This document shows, one piece after another, positions 1 to 4,532 of a stretch of DNA of 4,532 nt. The notes under the pieces are model-generated. The model ran no database searches. It saw nothing but the letters and a program-made list of their open reading frames with translations, and had not been told where the DNA came from. Source of the DNA: Naegleria gruberi (Eukaryota); NCBI GenBank assembly GCA_000004985.1, contig GG739183.1; one strand, written 5' to 3'. The position numbers and the translations under genes are program-made. How positions within the stretch are numbered: the stretch's first letter is position 1; each line of letters starts with the position of its first letter.

Positions 1-20
1 CTAATGTGAAGAAATTATGA

Positions 21-1267
21 ATATTAAAATTAAATAATTGTTATGAATTATTTTTAAATAACACTATTGAAAATAATGAAATAAATATAAATGAAAATCT
101 TAATATTTTAAATAATAATAATATAGAAATTAATAATAATAATTTAATAATTCATTCATTAAATAATTCTATAAAAAAAGAAGAATTATTAATAGAAAGA
201 ATTAAAAATTTAGAATTTCAAATTCAAGAATTAAATTTAAAATTAGAAGAAAAAGAAATTGAAAATTTTTATTTAACAAATCCAGAATTATTACCAAATA
301 TTAATATATCTAAAAATAGTAATAGTGGAAATGAATTTAAATTATTATCATCATTTAATTTATCTAATAATAATACTTCCAATTCTAGTAATATAAAAAT
401 AATATCATATAAAGATATAAAAATAGATAATAATATACCAACTATAAAAGGAGGATTATTTACAATTAATTTTGGAATTTTAAAAAATAAAGAATTTGAT
501 GAAATTAAAATAGCAATAAAATCAATTCAACTTGAATATAAAAATGATTTAGAAAAAATGATTAAAAAATTAAATTTAGATTTTTTATATAATTTATCAC
601 ATCCAGTTATAGAAAGAGTATATGGTATTACTAAAATAGGAAAGGAATTTAATATAATAGCAGAATCATGTCAAGGTATTATTTTATCACAATTATTATT
701 AAATAGAAATATTAAATTAAATTTACAAATGCAAATTAATTATTCATTTCAATTATCAAGTGTTTTTTTATATATTTTTGAACAAAATAGGACATGTAAT
801 TCAATTTCTATAAATAATATTTTAATTTTAAATNNNNNNNNNNNNNNNNNNNNNNNNNNNNNNNNNNNNNNNNNNNNNNNNNNTTAAAAATATTAACAAT
901 ATATACAATGCATGAATTTAAAAATATTAAAGAAAAGAAATTAGCATGTTGTAAAATATTAAAAAATTTAAGTTCAATTTGTTTTTGTATTTTAACAAGA
1001 GAATCATCTGAAAGATTAAATATACATTTTAATCAAGAAGAATTTTCACCAAATTATGAAAATTTAATTGATAAATATTTTAATTATACACCTACTAATA
1101 AGGATAAAGAATTAATAATTGAATATTTAAATATTATTAAATCATGTTTAAAATATTCTAAATATTTATGTAATAATTTAAATGATCAGGAAAATGATTT
1201 ATCAAATTATTATTTAAGAAAAATACTTTATCGTTGGAGTAAATTAAAAGATTATTCTAATTTATAA
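21..1267 (+). CDS. Partial gene, 5' end unresolved. N/I-rich low-complexity and coiled-coil-like N-terminal region (ELLIERIKNLEFQIQELNLKLEEKEIENF), then a protein-kinase-like domain from about 402 with degenerate catalytic motifs. Predicted TKL-like pseudokinase. The coding sequence is interrupted by the assembly gap 834-883 and resumes in a different frame to the stop at 1265-1267.
   Basis: Frame 0 is stop-free from 21 to the gap at 834. The ORF track shows only the part from the first in-frame ATG at 558. By eye the translation aligns to the kinase N-lobe and catalytic loop. TIKGGLFTINFGIL matches the glycine loop. IAIK (K at 519-521) matches the VAIK lysine. LSHPVIERVYGIT matches the hxHPNIVxLxG motif. 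NIIAESCQGIILSQLL matches the hinge (VTEYMxxGSLxDLL). TCNSISINNILIL (795-833) matches IHRDLKSxNLLL, with HRD replaced by CNS. After the gap, frame 2 is open from 884 with no ATG needed. It reads YTMHEF...SSICFCILTRE, which resembles the APE motif and the alphaF helix (DVYSFGxVLWELLT) of a degenerate kinase C-lobe. The gap length is arbitrary, so the frame change across it is uninformative. Confidence 0.6.
834..883. other. Assembly gap of 50 N inside the kinase-like domain of gene 1. Its true length is unknown. It probably hides subdomain VII (DFG) and the activation segment.
   Basis: Run of n characters. A 50-nt run is a conventional placeholder length. Confidence 0.95.
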
Positions 1268-1381
1268 ATATTATTATTGATAATGTTAATTATAAATATT
1301 AATAATAATTGATATAATATTATTACTTCTTGGTGTATCAACATTGTGAGTTAGGTTTGGAAGAAGTGAAAGTGTATTCAA

Positions 1382-1395
1382 ATGAATGATTCATA
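1382..1395. promoter_or_regulatory. Palindromic motif ATGAATGATTCATA, copy 1. ATGAAT and ATTCAT are exact inverted repeats. A further ATTCA half-site lies at 1377-1381. Candidate transcription-factor binding site in the gene 1-gene 2 intergenic region.
   Basis: Read directly from the sequence. A second copy with one mismatch lies 53 bp downstream (1435-1448). Both sit in an unusually GC-enriched island (about 1321-1450) 150-220 bp upstream of the gene 2 ATG. Confidence 0.35.
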
Positions 1396-1434
1396 TTTCT
1401 TCCTTTTACAATATTACATAGTAGTAGTAGTACT

Positions 1435-1448
1435 ATGAATGGTTCATA
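1435..1448. promoter_or_regulatory. Palindromic motif ATGAATGGTTCATA, copy 2. It matches copy 1 at 13 of 14 positions.
   Basis: Read directly from the sequence. An adjacent (GTA)4 microsatellite lies at 1421-1432. Confidence 0.35.
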
Positions 1449-1599
1449 ATTTAATAAAAATCAATATACCTATTCCTTAATAATATTAATATTATTTGTA
1501 AAGAGTTGGGTGATTAACAATTTGATCTTTCTCTGTAAAAATGAAAAGGAATTTCAAGTTATTTTTAAATTGTAAGGTAAAAAATCATTATTTAAAAAA

Positions 1600-1847
1600 A
1601 TGTCAACAACAACTACACCACCAACATCAACAGATCAGGAAAATACTTTACCAATTGCTTCATCATCTGGTGATTCCACTACTACTACAACAACAATAAC
1701 TCCATCATCACCATCTAATACTATAACAACAACACCATCATCTCCTGTTCTTCAACAAGAAGCCTCAACAACAACAAATGAACCTAAATTTGACTTTGAA
1801 ATTTCCCATAACAAATCTGTATATAATATTACAATGAGTGGTGATCA
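1600..1847 (+). CDS. 5' portion of a gene encoding a Thr/Ser/Pro-rich low-complexity protein (MSTTTTPPTSTDQENTLPIASSSGDSTTTTTTITPSSPSNTITTTPSSPVLQQEASTTTNEPKFDFEISHNKSVYNITMSGD...). It continues into the 733-nt assembly gap. Function unknown. It could be mucin-like and O-glycosylated, or could carry an N-terminal disordered region.
   Basis: The ATG at 1600 sits in the classic A-run start context (tttaaaaaaATG). Codon usage matches the other genes in the window. The frame is open to the gap edge. The ORF-track extension beyond the gap (to 2607) is an artefact of the arbitrary gap length. Confidence 0.55.
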
Positions 1848-2580
1848 NNNNNNNNNNNNNNNNNNNNNNNNNNNNNNNNNNNNNNNNNNNNNNNNNNNNN
1901 NNNNNNNNNNNNNNNNNNNNNNNNNNNNNNNNNNNNNNNNNNNNNNNNNNNNNNNNNNNNNNNNNNNNNNNNNNNNNNNNNNNNNNNNNNNNNNNNNNNN
2001 NNNNNNNNNNNNNNNNNNNNNNNNNNNNNNNNNNNNNNNNNNNNNNNNNNNNNNNNNNNNNNNNNNNNNNNNNNNNNNNNNNNNNNNNNNNNNNNNNNNN
2101 NNNNNNNNNNNNNNNNNNNNNNNNNNNNNNNNNNNNNNNNNNNNNNNNNNNNNNNNNNNNNNNNNNNNNNNNNNNNNNNNNNNNNNNNNNNNNNNNNNNN
2201 NNNNNNNNNNNNNNNNNNNNNNNNNNNNNNNNNNNNNNNNNNNNNNNNNNNNNNNNNNNNNNNNNNNNNNNNNNNNNNNNNNNNNNNNNNNNNNNNNNNN
2301 NNNNNNNNNNNNNNNNNNNNNNNNNNNNNNNNNNNNNNNNNNNNNNNNNNNNNNNNNNNNNNNNNNNNNNNNNNNNNNNNNNNNNNNNNNNNNNNNNNNN
2401 NNNNNNNNNNNNNNNNNNNNNNNNNNNNNNNNNNNNNNNNNNNNNNNNNNNNNNNNNNNNNNNNNNNNNNNNNNNNNNNNNNNNNNNNNNNNNNNNNNNN
2501 NNNNNNNNNNNNNNNNNNNNNNNNNNNNNNNNNNNNNNNNNNNNNNNNNNNNNNNNNNNNNNNNNNNNNNNNNNNNNNNN
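1848..2580. other. Assembly gap of 733 N. It swallows most of gene 2 and that gene's 3' end.
   Basis: Run of n characters. The flanking coding sequence is an S/T-rich simple repeat, a sequence type that often breaks assemblies. Confidence 0.95.
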
Positions 2581-2832
2581 ATAAATTATTATTTATTATT
2601 ATTATAATAGAATAAGTTGTTGTAAAATGTAATAGTATTGGTTCTAGAGAGGTTGTAATAATAAATAGTATTAATCAGGTTGAAATTGTTTTATTTGGAT
2701 TGATAATAGTTTCAGAACTGTAATACAAAATTACTTTTTAGTTTAGAGCGACATTTTGTTGATTCTCCAATCAAAGAAAAATAAACTACAAACACACTCT
2801 CTCACTTGAATCTCTGCATCCTCTTGAGAGAA

Positions 2833-2865
2833 CATCATCATCATCATCAACTACAACTACAACAA
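2833..2865. repeat. (CAT)5 followed by (CAACTA)2 microsatellite. It lies inside a CA/CT-rich, relatively GC-rich island (about 2763-2870) just upstream of the gene 3 TATA box.
   Basis: Read directly: catcatcatcatcat caactacaactacaaca. Frame 0 is open from 2763 to the TAA at 2868-2870, and the stretch reads ...ERTSSSSSTTTTTI*. That could instead be a short coding tail (see findings). Confidence 0.6.
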
Positions 2866-2873
2866 TATAAATA
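2866..2873 (+). promoter_or_regulatory. Candidate TATA box TATAAATA, 63 bp upstream of the gene 3 ATG.
   Basis: Exact TATAAA(T)A consensus. The spacing would allow a transcription start about 30 bp downstream and a short 5' UTR. No oligo-dT stretch follows it, which is atypical for Dictyostelium promoters, so confidence is modest. Confidence 0.35.
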
Positions 2874-2935
2874 GTAATAGTAGTAGATAGTATTCCGCAT
2901 CAAATTAGTCTTGTAATAATTGTAAATATATAACA

Positions 2936-4532
2936 ATGATAGAATCATTAGATTCACAATCGTATGATTCTAAACAGTCACCAACAAATCATCATCAACA
3001 TTATAATACTCATAATAATAATAATAATATATTAAATAATAATAATCAACAACAACAAGAACATTCTGAAATATTATCATCATTAGCACAAGAACAACAA
3101 GAACAACAAGTTGATGAAATACAAGATAAATCAATAGCAACTAATGGATCTAATTTAATATCATCTTCAACAAATAGTTTACATTCAATTTGGAATGAAA
3201 AGTCTAAATTTCAAAAATTAAAATATTATTTAAAAATACCATTATTAAAATCATCTAAATGTATTACTATTATGAATGTTTTATTAATTTTATTTATTTT
3301 ACAAGGTTTATTTGGTTTATTTTCATGTATGTTTTTTTAAATATTTATAATTTTAATAATAATTTTAATAATATTTTAATAATTTTAATAATAATTTAAT
3401 TAAATTTAAAAAGCATTTATATTATTATATACAACAGGTGATAATTTAATAGTACAATCAAGAAGTAATCAAAAATTACAAATGAAATCAGTAATTGATT
3501 ATGAAATTGGTGAAATGGTTAAAAGTACAACATTAATAATGAATCAATTATTATATCAAATTAAAAGTGGTGGACCATTTGATTTAAATAATAATATAAC
3601 ATGGTTTAGAATATTTTATTATTTAAAAAGATTATATGTACATAAATCACCTTTGAAAATGTTATATTTTGGTAGATTTGATCAGAGTTTTATTGGTGTT
3701 GAAGTTGATTTTGTTAGAGTACTTTTAAAAGCATCAACATTTACAAATTTAGAAAGAATGGGAACTGATTATCATTTAATTTCAGATCCAAATTTAATTT
3801 ATTCACCTTCCAATATCATTGAATCTAAGAATTGGACATTAGAAGTAACTAATAGAGCATGGTATTCAATATTTACAAAATATCAAACATCTAACAAGAC
3901 ATTATCAAATGTTAAATGGAGTCCACTATTTTCAAGTGTTAGTGGATTACCATCTATTACATTATCAATGCCAATCTATATTAATATACCAACTAGATAT
4001 TTATCTACCACTTATTCACAAAATAGAATTATACCCTATTTTCAATCAACTTTATCAAATAATATTACAACATTACCAAATATAAATTCATCTTCATTAA
4101 TAACATTAAATAGATATTTAAATATAAAAGAATCTATTTTAACAAGTGGAAATTCAAATGATTTATCAGATCCAATTATTAAAGAATTATATAATAAAAT
4201 AGATGTATCTGATTATTTATATGGAACAATTGGTATACAATTATCATTGGATGAATTAGCAAGTAGATTAAATCAATCAACAATTGAAGCAGGTGTTTCT
4301 TTAACTTTAATTATAAATTCTAATGCTGATATTGTTGCATGTACTGATTTATTTTATAATTTACAATATAATTCTAAATTTACAAATCAATCTAATTTAT
4401 CTAATTTTATTATACATTCTATTTTAAATCATTCCATTTTAAATTATGATTTTTTAAATAAAATTGAAACTTATAATAATAATAATGGAAATACAAATAC
4501 AAATAATGGAAATACAAATACAAATACAAATG
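2936..4532 (+). CDS. Two-exon gene, 3'-partial. Exon 1 is 2936..3326 and exon 2 is 3438..>4532. Predicted single-pass (type II-like) membrane glycoprotein of unknown family. It has an N/Q-rich N-terminal region, a hydrophobic segment CITIMNVLLILFILQGLFGLFSC (about 3260-3326), a large domain rich in N-x-S/T sequons, and a C-terminal N/G/T tandem repeat.
   Basis: Exon 1 is in the ORF track (2936..3340). It begins at ATG in an A-rich context (aacaATG). The hydrophobic segment ends exactly where GTATGT begins (3327-3332). The stretch 3341-3430 is about 95% AT with tandem repeats and is intron-like. An AG acceptor lies at 3436-3437. The intron is 111 nt, a multiple of 3, so frame 2 continues. I translated exon 2 codon by codon from 3438 to 4532 and found no stop (CDNLIVQSRSNQKLQMKSVIDYEIGEMVKSTTLIMNQLLYQIKSGGPFDLNNNITWFRIFYYLKRLYVHKSPLKMLYFGRFDQSFIGVEVDFVRVLLKASTFTNLERMGTDYHLISDPNLIYSPSNIIESKNWTLEVTNRAWYSIF...NGNTNTNTN). 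The first in-frame ATG of that open frame is not until 3482, with the frame open upstream of it. This favours splicing over an independent gene. Confidence 0.6.
3327..3437 (+). other. Predicted spliceosomal intron of gene 3. The GTATGT donor is at 3327. The AG acceptor is at 3436-3437. An alternative acceptor ttaatAG at 3451-3452 gives a 126-nt intron that is also frame-preserving.
   Basis: Canonical dictyostelid donor hexamer, extreme AT content, and a length typical of short amoebozoan introns. Both candidate acceptors keep the downstream frame open. Confidence 0.5.
3341..3416. repeat. Tandem repeat of a roughly 13-nt AT-only unit (aattttaataata, about 4-5 copies), intronic.
   Basis: Read directly: ataattttaataataattttaataatattttaataattttaataataatttaat. 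Confidence 0.6.
4475..4532 (+). repeat. In-frame tandem coding repeat (aataatggaaatacaaataca x2 plus a partial copy). It encodes NNNNGNTNTNNGNTNTNTN and runs off the window end.
   Basis: Direct repeat read from the sequence. It is a typical dictyostelid coding microsatellite. Confidence 0.7.

Noticed and set aside
4-126. ATG at 4-6 followed by gtgaag as a start codon plus immediate intron, with the acceptor at 125-126.
   Set aside because: The GT would have to borrow the G of the ATG. GTGAAG is a poor dictyostelid donor. The spliced product would not keep an ATG.
100-400. Dense aat/ata/tta triplet repeats that superficially resemble repeat arrays (CRISPR or minisatellite).
   Set aside because: They are in-frame Asn, Ile and Leu codons of a eukaryotic low-complexity coding region. 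There is no repeat-spacer periodicity and no conserved direct repeat unit.
908-1267. Independent 119-aa gene starting at ATG 908.
   Set aside because: The frame is already open from the gap edge at 884. The ATG context (tacaATGc) is poor. The translated sequence resembles a kinase C-lobe (APE- and alphaF-like motifs), consistent with it continuing gene 1. It is more likely an internal Met.
1325-1367. Possible hairpin acttctt...aagaagt (7-bp stem, about 28-nt loop) in the gene 1 3' region.
   Set aside because: The stem is short, the loop is large, and there is no downstream U-tract. This is not convincing as a structured element.
1435-1452. tRNA T-arm-like string ggttcataat in a GC-enriched island, raising a possible tRNA or small ncRNA gene.
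   Set aside because: It does not match GGTTCGAATCC. No acceptor or anticodon stem pairing is discernible. There are no A/B box spacings. No DUSE-like CCCA element lies upstream for a dictyostelid ncRNA.
1541-1700. Upstream ATG at 1541 (gtaaaaATGaaa) followed by a GTAAGG at 1572-1577, suggesting a 5' mini-exon plus intron for gene 2.
   Set aside because: No AG acceptor exists between the putative donor and the ATG at 1600. The frame from 1541 is different and terminates in a poly-Q-like read-through. It is better explained as a chance uORF in AT-rich leader sequence.
1838-2584. A 248-aa ORF in the track composed entirely of X.
   Set aside because: It lies wholly within the N-run assembly gap and carries no sequence information.
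2581-2607. Post-gap tail of track ORF 1600..2607 (INYYLLLL).
   Set aside because: The gap length is arbitrary, so frame continuity across it is meaningless. The post-gap sequence is AT-only and non-coding-like.
2620-2672. Imperfect 20-nt direct repeat ttgtaaaatgtaatagtatt / ttgtaataataaatagtatt upstream of gene 3.
   Set aside because: There are 4 mismatches in 20. Only the ttgtaa and tagtatt ends are shared. This is within chance expectation for low-complexity AT-rich DNA.

Overview
This window is eukaryotic nuclear DNA, not a prokaryotic locus. It is about 80% or more A+T. The reading frames encode homopolymeric Asn, Gln, Thr and Ser tracts and use codons such as caa (Gln), aat (Asn), tta (Leu), ggt (Gly), cca (Pro) and tca (Ser). 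One start codon sits in an aaaaaaATG context. There is a short, ultra-AT-rich intron beginning GTATGT and ending AG. Two runs of N are assembly gaps. All of this is typical of a dictyostelid social-amoeba genome, in my judgement Dictyostelium or a close relative. Three genes lie on the + strand. Gene 1 (21..1267, 5' end not found, broken by a 50-nt gap) encodes a coiled-coil-like region followed by a protein-kinase-like domain. The catalytic HRD triplet of that domain is replaced by C-N-S and its glycine loop is degenerate, so I predict a pseudokinase. Gene 2 (1600..>1847) encodes a Thr/Ser/Pro-rich low-complexity N-terminus and then runs into a 733-nt gap. Gene 3 (2936..>4532) has two exons. 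Exon 1 ends exactly at a GTATGT donor after a roughly 22-residue hydrophobic, transmembrane-like segment. A 111-nt intron (or 126-nt with an alternative acceptor) keeps the frame. Exon 2 is about 365 codons, is stop-free to the window edge, is rich in N-x-S/T sequons, and ends in an (NGNTNTN)-type tandem coding repeat. The supplied ORF track misses exon 2 and all coding sequence upstream of 558 because those frames are open-ended or lack an ATG. The intergenic regions carry candidate cis-elements: a duplicated palindrome ATGAATGRTTCATA upstream of gene 2, and a TATAAATA box with a CA/CT-rich island upstream of gene 3. I see no CRISPR array, defence system, mobile element, rRNA or tRNA. No novel biological system is evident. 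This is an ordinary gene-dense region. Its more interesting points are the predicted pseudokinase, the unannotated spliced membrane glycoprotein, and the repeated promoter palindrome.
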